Assembly: GCA_963789955.1 (NCBI GenBank)
Contig: CAWBMV010000001.1
Coordinates: 512,001-576,000, forward strand
Length of the DNA: 64,000 nt
Direction of reading: 5' to 3'
Source: an uncultured Candidatus Rokubacteria bacterium
Lineage (GTDB): Bacteria > Methylomirabilota > Methylomirabilia > Rokubacteriales > CSP1-6
In this document: positions 55,893-64,000 of the stretch, in pieces
Position numbering within the stretch: the first letter of the stretch is position 1
Layout: every line of letters begins with the position of its first letter
Made by a program: the position numbers and the translations under genes
The notes under the pieces: generated by a model
The model's input: the letters and a program-made list of their open reading frames with translations, nothing else
Told to the model about the DNA's origin: nothing
Databases searched by the model: none

Positions 55893-57167
55893 CTAGCCGT
55901 TCGAGCGGCGCCTGAGCTTCAGGAGCGCGCGCTCCGCGGCGACGACCGCGAAGAAGACCTCGACCAGAGCCCGCGTGGCGATCGACGGGCGCCAGTTCCC
56001 CGCCAGCACGGATACGACGGCGTCGAAGATGCTGCGCAGCGGCGGGCGCGAGTACCAGAGCTTGCGGAAGGCGGGCTCGTAGAAGCCGACGGCGAAGCGC
56101 CGGAAGTGGTGGTAGCGCGCGCGCACGGCCCGCTCGTAGCGGGCGAAGATCCGCGCGGACACATCGCCGGCGCGCAGGCCGTTGTCGATGGCCTCGGCCA
56201 CCTCGAGGCCTCCCTGCATGGCCAGCATCACGCCGGTCGAGAAGACGGGATCCAGGAACGCCGCCGCATCGCCGACCGCGACCCAGCGGTCGCCCGCCAT
56301 CCTGGTGGCCAGATAGGAGTAGTCGGCGTCGAACCGCGCGGGCGAGACCCGTTGCGCCTTCTCGAGCAGCGGCAGCGCGGTGGGCGTGCCGGCGAGATAG
56401 TGAGCCAGGCTCTCCTCGGGCGTCGCCTTCGACTCGCGGCGGTGGACGACCTGCGGGATGACCGCGCCGACGCTGATGACGGTCTCGGAGAGCGGAATGA
56501 ACCACAGCCAGCCCATGTCCGGCCGCGTGAACATGCGGATGTCTCCGGCGCGGCGACCCGACGCGCGCGGAATGCCCTCGTACTGCGCGTGGACCGCGAT
56601 GTTCAACAAGAGCGGATCGGGCTCGTGACGGCCGAAGCGCTTGGCCAGCACGCCGGCCCGTCCCGAGGCGTCGATCACGACACCGACTCGCATGGTCCCG
56701 GCGCCGCCGTGCTTGTCCGAGAAGCTGAGCGTGACGCCGTCCTTGTCGAACGCCGCGTCGACCAGCCGATGCTCTTTGAGCACCCGGGCGCCGGACTTCT
56801 CGGAATGGCGCAGCAGGATCTCGTCGAATTTTTCGCGCAGCACCTGAAACGTCTGGGGCGTGGGCGTCTCGCGCGCGAACTGGAAGTCGGCGTATCGCTC
56901 GTCGGGCCCATCGGGGCCGCGAAAGCTGGCACCCCACTTCTCGACGAACCCGGACGCCGCGATCGTGTCGCGTACGCCGAGCGTGCGAAGAATCTCGTTG
57001 GTCCACGGAAGCTGCGATTCGCCGATGTGGAAGCGCGGAAATCGTTCGCGCTCCAGCACCACGACACTCCGGCCGCGCTGGGCCAGCGCCGTGGCGGCCG
57101 TGGAGCCGCCCGGCCCGCCGCCGATGACCGCCACGTCGTAGTCCCACCGGGTCCCCGCGTCGGTCAT
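55893..57167 (-). CDS. FAD-dependent halogenase-like oxidoreductase
   Basis: GGGPGG, FPRFHIGES, FVEKWG (Lys), WLWFIP (WxWxIP), GDAAAFLDPVFSTG. Confidence 0.8.
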   Translation of the reverse strand: MTDAGTRWDYDVAVIGGGPGGSTAATALAQRGRSVVVLERERFPRFHIGESQLPWTNEILRTLGVRDTIAASGFVEKWGASFRGPDGPDERYADFQFARETPTPQTFQVLREKFDEILLRHSEKSGARVLKEHRLVDAAFDKDGVTLSFSDKHGGAGTMRVGVVIDASGRAGVLAKRFGRHEPDPLLLNIAVHAQYEGIPRASGRRAGDIRMFTRPDMGWLWFIPLSETVISVGAVIPQVVHRRESKATPEESLAHYLAGTPTALPLLEKAQRVSPARFDADYSYLATRMAGDRWVAVGDAAAFLDPVFSTGVMLAMQGGLEVAEAIDNGLRAGDVSARIFARYERAVRARYHHFRRFAVGFYEPAFRKLWYSRPPLRSIFDAVVSVLAGNWRPSIATRALVEVFFAVVAAERALLKLRRRSNG

Positions 57168-57194
57168 GCGCTCGTCTCGTCTCCCGGCGATCGC

Positions 57195-58055
57195 CTAGAG
57201 CTTGGCCGCCGTGAACGTGTCGCACTGACCGGGATCGCCGGTCTCGATTCCGCGCTTGAACCAGCGCACGCGCTGCGCGGAGCTTCCGTGGGTGAACGAC
57301 TCGGGCACCACGCGGCCCTGAGCCTGGTGCTGCAGGCGGTCGTCGCCGATCGCGGCGGCGGCGTTCAAGCCTTCCTCGATGTCGCCCGACTCCAGGATCT
57401 GCCGGGCGCGTTGGGCGTTGTTCGCCCAGACCCCGGCGAGGCAGTCCGCCTGGAGCTCCATCTTCACCTGGAGCGCGTTCGCTTCGGTGCGGCTGCGCTT
57501 GCCCTGCGCCTCCTGGATTCGCCCGGCGATCCCGAGGAGGTTCTGCACGTGGTGGCCGACCTCGTGCGCGATGACGTACGCCTGGGCGAAGTCGCCGGGC
57601 GCACCGATCTTGTCGCGCAGGTCACGGTAGAACGACAGATCGATGTAGACCTTGCGATCGCCGGGACAGTAGAAGGGGCCGACGGCCGCTTCGGCGAAGC
57701 CGCAGGCCGACTGGATCGCCCCGCTGAACAGCACGAGATGCGGCGCCTGATATTGCCGGCCCATCTGGCGGAAGAGCTCGGCCCACGTGTCTTCGGTGTC
57801 GGCGAGGATCACCGAGACGAAATCCCGCAGCGGTTCGTCGCCGGCGGGCGCGCGCTGCTGCTGGACGCTCGGGGCGGATCGCGAGTCGCCCGGATCCACG
57901 CCCTGCAGCACCACGCTCGGGTCCACACCGAACCACAGCGCCAGGAGGACGAGCACGACGGTGCCGATGCCGCCTCCGACGACGGCCCCACGGCCGACCG
58001 GCATGCCGCGCCGGTCTTCGATGTTGTCACTGCGCCTGCCCATCTGCCATCGCAT
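57195..58055 (-). CDS. Neutral zinc metallopeptidase (YpfJ family)
   Basis: RRSDNIEDRR, GPFYCPGD, AYVIAHEVGHHVQ, ELQADC, FTHGSS. Confidence 0.92.
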   Translation of the reverse strand: MRWQMGRRSDNIEDRRGMPVGRGAVVGGGIGTVVLVLLALWFGVDPSVVLQGVDPGDSRSAPSVQQQRAPAGDEPLRDFVSVILADTEDTWAELFRQMGRQYQAPHLVLFSGAIQSACGFAEAAVGPFYCPGDRKVYIDLSFYRDLRDKIGAPGDFAQAYVIAHEVGHHVQNLLGIAGRIQEAQGKRSRTEANALQVKMELQADCLAGVWANNAQRARQILESGDIEEGLNAAAAIGDDRLQHQAQGRVVPESFTHGSSAQRVRWFKRGIETGDPGQCDTFTAAKL

Positions 58056-58309
58056 CACTGGCCTCCCGCATCTCCGCCCAACCGGCCCGGCGGGTCGCGG
58101 TCGTTGCTCGGCGTTGCGCGCGCGTCGTGCAGCAAAGTGTACGGGCGATCTCCATGTGGCCGCAAGGCCGCGCTGCCCATCACGAACGGTGGTCTGGCAA
58201 CGCCGAACCGTTTGTGCCACCATCGCTCCGGCCGCGGAAGCGTGCCCGCGATACGTTCACCCGGACCGCTCAAGGAGGAGCCACCGATGACGTCCCGTGA
58301 TCGCCGTGC

Positions 58310-58699
58310 CGCCGTTCGTCCGCCTCGCGTGATCGATCGCGTCGTCGTCGGCGACGCGCCCGAGGGCTTCGCCATCAGCCCGAAGGGCGACGTGGCGGTG
58401 GCCCTGCTGCTCGGCGGCGCCATCGTGCCCAAGAGCATGTGGTTCAACTCGAAGCGCAACGACGGCACCTGGCCGTGCTCAAGATCGACGGCAAGAAGGT
58501 CACGAAGGTAGGCGAGGTCGAGGTGGGCGGGCTGCCGGAGGGCCTGGTCTTCAGCCTCGACGGCAAGTATCTCTACGTCGACAACTACACGGACCGCGAC
58601 GTGTCGATCCTCAAGGTCGACGGGGCGAAGATCACGGATACCGGCAAGAAGCTGAAGCTTCCCGGTCAGCCGGCGTCGATGCGGGGAAGGGCGCAGTAG
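58310..58699 (+). pseudogene. C-terminal fragment of a YncE-type beta-propeller (paralog of 12499-13680)
   Basis: VGDAPEGFAISPKG, VGGLPEGLVFSLDG, LKLPGQPASMR; 5' part missing, with a frameshift. Confidence 0.7.
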
Positions 58700-58727
58700 C
58701 GCGAGCTTCACGCGCGGTCGCCGCGCG

Positions 58728-59711
58728 ATGAGATTCGGCGTCTACCTTCCGACGTTCGCCTGGCGAGACCTGCGCTTCGACCAGGCGGCGCGCGTGAAGG
58801 AATTCGCGCGCAAGGCCGAGGCGCTCGGCTTCGACGCGCTCTGGGTCGCCGAGCACTTCCTGGAGGCGCCCGGTCTCTACGGCACGGTCTGGATGTCGCC
58901 GCTGCTGTGCCTGGCGCACGCCGCGAGCGTCACGACGCGGATCCGGCTGGCGACCGGGCTGCTCATCGCTCCCTACTATCATCCGGTCCCGCTGGCCCGC
59001 GAGATCCAGACGCTCTGGCACCTGTCGGGCGGGCGCTTCGTGCTGGGCGTCGGACCGGGCTGGGACCAGCACGAGTTCGAGACGCTCGGCATGAAGCTCT
59101 CCGAGCGCGGCCGGCGCACCGACGAGATCATCGCGGCGCTCCGCCGTCTCCTGACCGAGCGCGACGTGAGCTTCGACGGCCGCTACTATCGCTTTCAGCA
59201 CGTGACGATCGAGCCGCTGCTGCCGCGCTTTCCCGAGCTCTGGGTCGGCGGTGGGTCCAAGATCCAGACCGCGCTCTCACCCGACAAGCCGTACATCGTT
59301 CCGGCGGTGCTCTCGCGAATCGCCGCCGCCGACGGCTGGCTGGCGCGCGCCGCCGGCAGCCAGCAAATGGTCAAGGACGACGTGCGCGCGATTCGCGAGC
59401 ACTGCGTCAAGGCCGGACGCGATCCGAGCTCACTCCGCTACGGCCACCTGAACTTTCTCCATCTGGTCGACACGACCGACCGTGAGCAGGCGCTGCGGCT
59501 CCAGCGCCCGGTCTTCGAGCGCGTGATGGGCACCCACCGGACGTTCGAGAACCTTCAGCAGTCGTACTTCCTCGGGACGACGCGCGAGATCGTCGAGCGC
59601 ATTCGCGATCTCGAGGCCGCCGGCGTTCAGGACATCATCCTGGCGACATGCGACTACGACCTGGATCAGCTCGAGCGCCTGGCGAGCGACGTGGTCGCCC
59701 GGTTCGTCTAG
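58728..59711 (+). CDS. LLM-class flavin-dependent oxidoreductase
   Basis: MRFGVYLP, GFDALWVAEH, TTRIRLATG, SGGRFVLGVGPGW, LWVGG. Confidence 0.9.
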   Translation: MRFGVYLPTFAWRDLRFDQAARVKEFARKAEALGFDALWVAEHFLEAPGLYGTVWMSPLLCLAHAASVTTRIRLATGLLIAPYYHPVPLAREIQTLWHLSGGRFVLGVGPGWDQHEFETLGMKLSERGRRTDEIIAALRRLLTERDVSFDGRYYRFQHVTIEPLLPRFPELWVGGGSKIQTALSPDKPYIVPAVLSRIAAADGWLARAAGSQQMVKDDVRAIREHCVKAGRDPSSLRYGHLNFLHLVDTTDREQALRLQRPVFERVMGTHRTFENLQQSYFLGTTREIVERIRDLEAAGVQDIILATCDYDLDQLERLASDVVARFV

Positions 59712-59723
59712 ACTCCCCATCGC

Positions 59724-60971
59724 GTGTCGCCCCTTCACTCGTACGTGGTCGTGTGGGTGCTGCTCATCTTCGCGTGGGCGGCGAATTTCGTCATCCGCAT
59801 CGGCTTCTCCGCGCTCCTGCCCTCGATCATCGACGAGCTGCAGCTCTCGTACACGAAGGCCGGCCTGCTCGCGTCCGCGTTCTTCTACGCCTACGTGCTC
59901 ATGCAGATCCCGGCGGGTCTCCTGGGCGATCGATTCGGCCGGCGCCGCATCTTGATCCTCGGCCTGCTCGGCGGCGCGCTCGCCGCGGGGCTCACCGGCC
60001 TGGCCGGCTCGCTGGCCACCTTGTTCCTGGCGCGGGCGCTGACGGGCGCGTTTCAAGGATCGCTCTTCTCGAACGACCGGGCCATCATCGCGACGGTCAC
60101 GCCGCCCGATCGCATCGGCCTCGGTCAGGGCGTCTCGTTCTCCGGACCGGGCCTCGGGCTCACCTTCGGGCTCGTCGTCGGTGGGCTGCTGGTGGAGATC
60201 CTTCCGTGGCGGACCGTGATGATGCTCTTCGGGCTCGGCCCGATCATCGCCGCGGTGTTGATCGCCCGGTACGTGCCGGCGCCGCCGCCGCCCTTGACCC
60301 GAGTGCCGGTCCGCCAGCGTCTGCGCAGTCTCTTCTCCAACGGATCACTCTGCGTGCTCGCGCTCGTGAGCCTTTGCGCCATCGGCGACCAGTTCATCCT
60401 GGCGACGTGGGCGCCGCTGTTCTTCGCCGAGGTCGGTGTCACCGACGTCGGCCGCGCCGGCACCTTCGCGGCGCTGCAGGGAGTCGCCGCCTCGCTGGGC
60501 ATGATCGTCAGCGGCTGGGCGCACGACCGACTCGTCGAGCGGGGCTATGCGTCGAAGAGCGTGATCGTCGCCGGGCTCGGCGGGCTCGCGGTGTCGATGC
60601 TGGCCATGGCCGGCGTCATCGTTCAGCGATCGATCCCGGGCCTGGCCGTCGTCCTGTTCGTGGCGGCGTTTTTCTGCTGGTCGATCTGGGGCGCGGTCTA
60701 CACCTTGCTGGCGCGGATGGTGCGCCCGGACGAGCTGGGCACGGCGTTCGGCTTCAGCAACAGCATCAGCTTCGTCGGAGCCATCGTCGGGCCCACCGCG
60801 ACGGGCTGGGTACGCGACCTCACCGGCTCCTTCGCCCCCGGATGCGTGCTCGCAGCGATCCTGGCCTTCGCCGGCGTGGCGCTGGCGATCGCGCTTCGCG
60901 TGCCGCCGACGGTCACACCGCCGCCGTCCCCTCGATCTCGAGCAGGAAATCCGGGTGGAACAGCCCCTTGA
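59724..60971 (+). CDS. MFS transporter
   Basis: QIPAGLLGDRFGRRR (motif A) and about 12 hydrophobic helices. Confidence 0.88.
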   Translation: MSPLHSYVVVWVLLIFAWAANFVIRIGFSALLPSIIDELQLSYTKAGLLASAFFYAYVLMQIPAGLLGDRFGRRRILILGLLGGALAAGLTGLAGSLATLFLARALTGAFQGSLFSNDRAIIATVTPPDRIGLGQGVSFSGPGLGLTFGLVVGGLLVEILPWRTVMMLFGLGPIIAAVLIARYVPAPPPPLTRVPVRQRLRSLFSNGSLCVLALVSLCAIGDQFILATWAPLFFAEVGVTDVGRAGTFAALQGVAASLGMIVSGWAHDRLVERGYASKSVIVAGLGGLAVSMLAMAGVIVQRSIPGLAVVLFVAAFFCWSIWGAVYTLLARMVRPDELGTAFGFSNSISFVGAIVGPTATGWVRDLTGSFAPGCVLAAILAFAGVALAIALRVPPTVTPPPSPRSRAGNPGGTAP

Positions 60972-61299
60972 CCACGATCAAGGTGCTGGCCGGCAGCTCG
61001 CCCTGAAAGACCTCGCCGCGCGCCTGCGCGACGGCGGGGAAGTCCTCGAGCTTGGTGATGTAGGTCGTGATCTTCATGAGATTCGACAGATCGCCGCCGG
61101 CCGCGCGCAACACGCCGCGCAGATTCTCGAACACCTGCTTCGCCTGCGCCCGGATGTCACCTTTGCCGACGATGTTGCCGGCCGCGTCCCACGCGACCTG
61201 TCCGGAGATGTAGAGGAGCCGGCCTCCCTCCATCCGCGTCGCCATCTTGTAGTTCGCGACCGGCTTCGCCTCGGGTGTCGCAATCGTGCTGAACGGCAT
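60913..61299 (-). CDS. Rid (YjgF/YER057c/UK114) family protein
   Basis: LYISGQV, QAKQVFENL, KITTY, PASTL, LLEIEG. Confidence 0.88.
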   Translation of the reverse strand: MPFSTIATPEAKPVANYKMATRMEGGRLLYISGQVAWDAAGNIVGKGDIRAQAKQVFENLRGVLRAAGGDLSNLMKITTYITKLEDFPAVAQARGEVFQGELPASTLIVVKGLFHPDFLLEIEGTAAV

Positions 61300-61387
61300 C
61301 GTCGATCCTCCTGATTCGCGCGCCTCGGCTGGCGGGGCCCCAGCCCCGCGACAGCCTGCAGCGCGCACGGCCACTGAAAATTCGCGC

Positions 61388-62179
61388 CTACGCGACGGCC
61401 GCGATCACTTCGATCTCGACCAGGAACTCGGGCCGCGCCAGGCCCGGGATCTCCACGAGGGTCGAGGCCGGGAAATCCGTCTTGTACACGCTGCGGCGCA
61501 CCGCGCGACCGTGCTGCTGCCAGGAGTCGATGCTCTGCACCCACGTCGTCTCTTTCACGACACTCGCGGGAGTCGCACCGGCGGCGCGCAGCACGTGGCC
61601 GATGTTCTCGTAGACCTTCTCCGCCTGACGCCGCCAGTCGCCGACGCCCGCGATCGAACCGTCGGCGTTGTTCGCGACCTGACCGGCCAGGTAGAGCAGG
61701 CGGCCGCCGTTGACGATCACGCCCTGATAGAAATCGCCGCCGTGATTCTCGACGTTGTACTTCTCGAGCAGCGGCTTGCCGCTGCCGGAGCCGCCGAGGT
61801 CGACGACCAGCTCGACCTCGATGAGCATGTTGGGATCGGCCAGCCGCCGCACGACCAGGCCCGTCGACGCCGGGCGAGTGCCGAAGAACTTGTTCCGTTC
61901 TGCGCGGCCGCTCGCGTTGTACGCGTCGAGGTCCGTCACGTACGTGAGCTGCTTCACGACGTTGTCGAACCTCGCGTCGGCCTTCGACAGGATGGCCTGC
62001 AGACGCTCGAACGTGCGCCGCGCCTGTGGTCCCATCCCGCCCGCGACGAGATTGCCGTCGGGGCCTCGTCCGGTCAGGCCGGCGGTGAACAGAACTCGCG
62101 ACGGATTGATGCTCACGCCGGGCATGAAGCCGCGGCCGCTTTCCAGGGGGCGTTCGGCAAGAATGTCTCGGCGATCCAT
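61388..62179 (-). CDS. Tandem two-domain Rid family protein
   Basis: Two Rid domains (RPASTGL..LIEVE; FPASTLVEI..LVEIE); AGGAGG RBS. Confidence 0.85.
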   Translation of the reverse strand: MDRRDILAERPLESGRGFMPGVSINPSRVLFTAGLTGRGPDGNLVAGGMGPQARRTFERLQAILSKADARFDNVVKQLTYVTDLDAYNASGRAERNKFFGTRPASTGLVVRRLADPNMLIEVELVVDLGGSGSGKPLLEKYNVENHGGDFYQGVIVNGGRLLYLAGQVANNADGSIAGVGDWRRQAEKVYENIGHVLRAAGATPASVVKETTWVQSIDSWQQHGRAVRRSVYKTDFPASTLVEIPGLARPEFLVEIEVIAAVA

Positions 62180-62341
62180 CACGTCCTCCTTGCGGGGCAT
62201 ACTGCGCCGCGGCCTCCGGGTCGTCAAGGAGCGTCGCTCCGATTGCGGAGGCCTTGACCCTTTCGCGCTAGTCTCTATCATCGAAGTCCTGACGAGACGA
62301 AACGTCCGGAGCTCGGTATCGGCTCGGGACAGGAGGCACCC

Positions 62342-63179
62342 ATGAATCGACACATCATCGACCGCGCCGCATCCGCGCTGCTCGCGGCGACGGTGCTCGT
62401 CGCGTGCTCGACGACGACCGAGGAGGGCACCGTCGGCGTCCAGCGCAGCCAGCTCCTCCTGGTGTCGTCGGCCGAGCTGGACAAGGCGGCGGCGGCCCAG
62501 TACCAGCAAGTGATCCAGACCGAGACCCCCAAGGGCAATATCAACCGCGACCCGCACCAGACCGAGCGCGTCCGCGGAATCGCCAAGCGCCTCATCCCGC
62601 AGACCGCGGTCTTTCGCAAGGACGCGCTCGACTGGAAGTGGGAGGTGAACGTCATCACCTCGCCGGAGGTCAACGCGTGGTGCATGCCCGGCGGCAAGAT
62701 CGCGGTCTATACCGGGATCATCGAGAAGGTGCAGATCACGGACGACGAGCTCGCCGCCGTGATGGGCCACGAGATCTCCCACGCCTTGCGCGAGCACGGT
62801 CGCGAGCGTGCCTCGCAGCAGGTGGCCGCGGGCGCAGGCGCGAGCCTGGCGGGAATCGTGGCGGACATCTTCCTGCCCGGCAGCGGACAGCTCGCGACCG
62901 CAGGGAGCCGGGCTCGGTAGTCAGCTCGGCATCCTGCTGCCGTACTCGCGGGTTCACGAGACCGAAGCCGACCGCATGGGCGTCGAGCTCGCGGCGCGCG
63001 CCGGGTACGACCCGAGGGCGGCGATCGTGCTGTGGCAGAAGATGGCGAAGCTGTCGGGTGGGAGCGCGCCGCCGCAGCTGCTCTCCACGCACCCCTCGAA
63101 CGAAGCGCGCATCAAGGACCTGACCGAGTTCTCGCAGAAGGTGCTCCCGCTCTACGAGGAGGCCCGCGCCAAGAAGTAA
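62342..63179 (+). CDS. M48 family zinc metallopeptidase lipoprotein; frameshift near 62905
   Basis: LVAC lipobox, NAWCMPGGKI, GHEISH, PYSRVHETEAD, LSTHP. Confidence 0.9.
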
Positions 63180-63265
63180 GCGGATCGGTGTGCTTCTCGA
63201 AACGGCACCGTTCGCATATACTCGGCGCGCTCGAGCGGGAGACCGACTCCCGCGCGGAGAGCCAG

Positions 63266-64000
63266 GTGGCCATCCTCAGCGTTCGTGACGTCACGGTCCG
63301 GTTCGGCGGCATCATCGCCCTCGATAGGGTCTCCTTCGACGATCGAGCCCCGACAGATCGTGGGTTTGATCGGCCCGAACGGCGCGGGCAAGACCACCTT
63401 GTTCAACTGCTTGAGCCGTCTCTACACGGCGTCGGCCGGGACGGTCACCTTCGAGGGCGCCCCGCTTCTGACCCAACCGGCGCACAAGATCGCGGGGCTC
63501 GGCATCGGTCGCACGTTCCAGAATCTCGCCCTCTTCCCCACGCAGAGCGTCCTGCAGAACGTCATGGTCGGCGCCCACTGCCGCACGTCCAGCGACTTTC
63601 TGTCGAACGCGCTCAAGCTCGGCTGGGTCGGGCGCGAGGAAGCTGGATGCCGCGCCCAGGCCGAGGAGCTCCTGGACTTCCTGGATCTCGGCCCGGTCGC
63701 GCACCATCCCGCCGCCGGATTGCCGTTCGCCACGCTCAAGCGCGTCGAGCTGGCCCGGGCGCTGGCCAGCCGCCCGAAGCTCTTGCTCCTCGACGAGCCG
63801 GCCGGCGGGCTCAATCACGAGGAGGTCGGCACGCTCGGTGCGCTCATCCAGCGGATCCGCGCCCAGCGGGGCCTGACGATCCTGCTGGTCGAGCACCACA
63901 TGAGCCTGGTCATGCAGGTGTCGGACAAGGTGGTCGTGCTGGACTTCGGCCGGAAGATCGCCGAGGGTACGCCGGCCGAGGTGCAGCGAAATCCGGAAGT
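63266..64000 (+). CDS. Branched-chain amino acid ABC transporter ATP-binding protein (LivG-like); frameshift near 63340; runs off the right edge
   Basis: VRFGG, GPNGAGKTTLFN, RTFQN, LLLLDEPAGGL, LVEHHM. Confidence 0.88.
   Translation, partial: MAILSVRDVTVRFGGIIALDRVSFDDRAPTDRGFDRPERRGQDHLVQLLEPSLHGVGRDGHLRGRPASDPTGAQDRGARHRSHVPESRPLPHAERPAERHGRRPLPHVQRLSVERAQARLGRARGSWMPRPGRGAPGLPGSRPGRAPSRRRIAVRHAQARRAGPGAGQPPEALAPRRAGRRAQSRGGRHARCAHPADPRPAGPDDPAGRAPHEPGHAGVGQGGRAGLRPEDRRGYAGRGAAKSGS

Noticed and set aside
55893..57167. Halogenase as part of the NRPS cluster
   Set aside because: About 24 kb away, in host-like high-GC context, and separated by unrelated genes.
60913..60971. 59-bp convergent overlap of MFS and Rid genes as antisense regulation
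   Set aside because: The MFS tail in the overlap is low-complexity and may just reflect a missed stop from an indel.

Overview
High-GC (about 70% by eye) bacterial chromosome segment. Gene style suggests Ca. Rokubacteria/Methylomirabilota, but this is inference only. Many single-base frameshifts look like long-read assembly errors. Layout: (i) 1-10.9 kb is core: a glycogen/trehalose locus (glgE, two GH57 enzymes, glgC, treZ), DUF4392, a class III aminotransferase and a PCu(A)C-like lipoprotein. (ii) tRNA-Phe(GAA) at 10967-11042 has been used at least twice as an integration site: a 46-bp att repeat recurs at 13982, and both copies are followed by tyrosine-integrase remnants and arm-type repeats. 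(iii) About 11-53 kb is an accessory mosaic. Its main features are a lower-GC, sigma54-promoter-preceded lipopeptide cluster (FAAL-ACP-C-A-T-C-A-T-TE with a Cys-type, His-less thioesterase, plus SyrD/PvdE-type exporter, Sfp PPTase and a divergent fatty-acid hydroxylase), IS3 debris, a stress/two-component module containing a membrane sensor-HAMP-trehalose-6-phosphate synthase fusion, and a CxxC/His-rich ORF ending in the RAPP arrest motif upstream of a Met/His-tailed cytochrome c-like gene. (iv) 53.7-64 kb looks core again: HAD, two MFS, flavin halogenase-like protein, YpfJ, LLM oxidoreductase, Rid proteins, M48 peptidase and a LivG-like ATPase. No CRISPR array or rRNA was seen.
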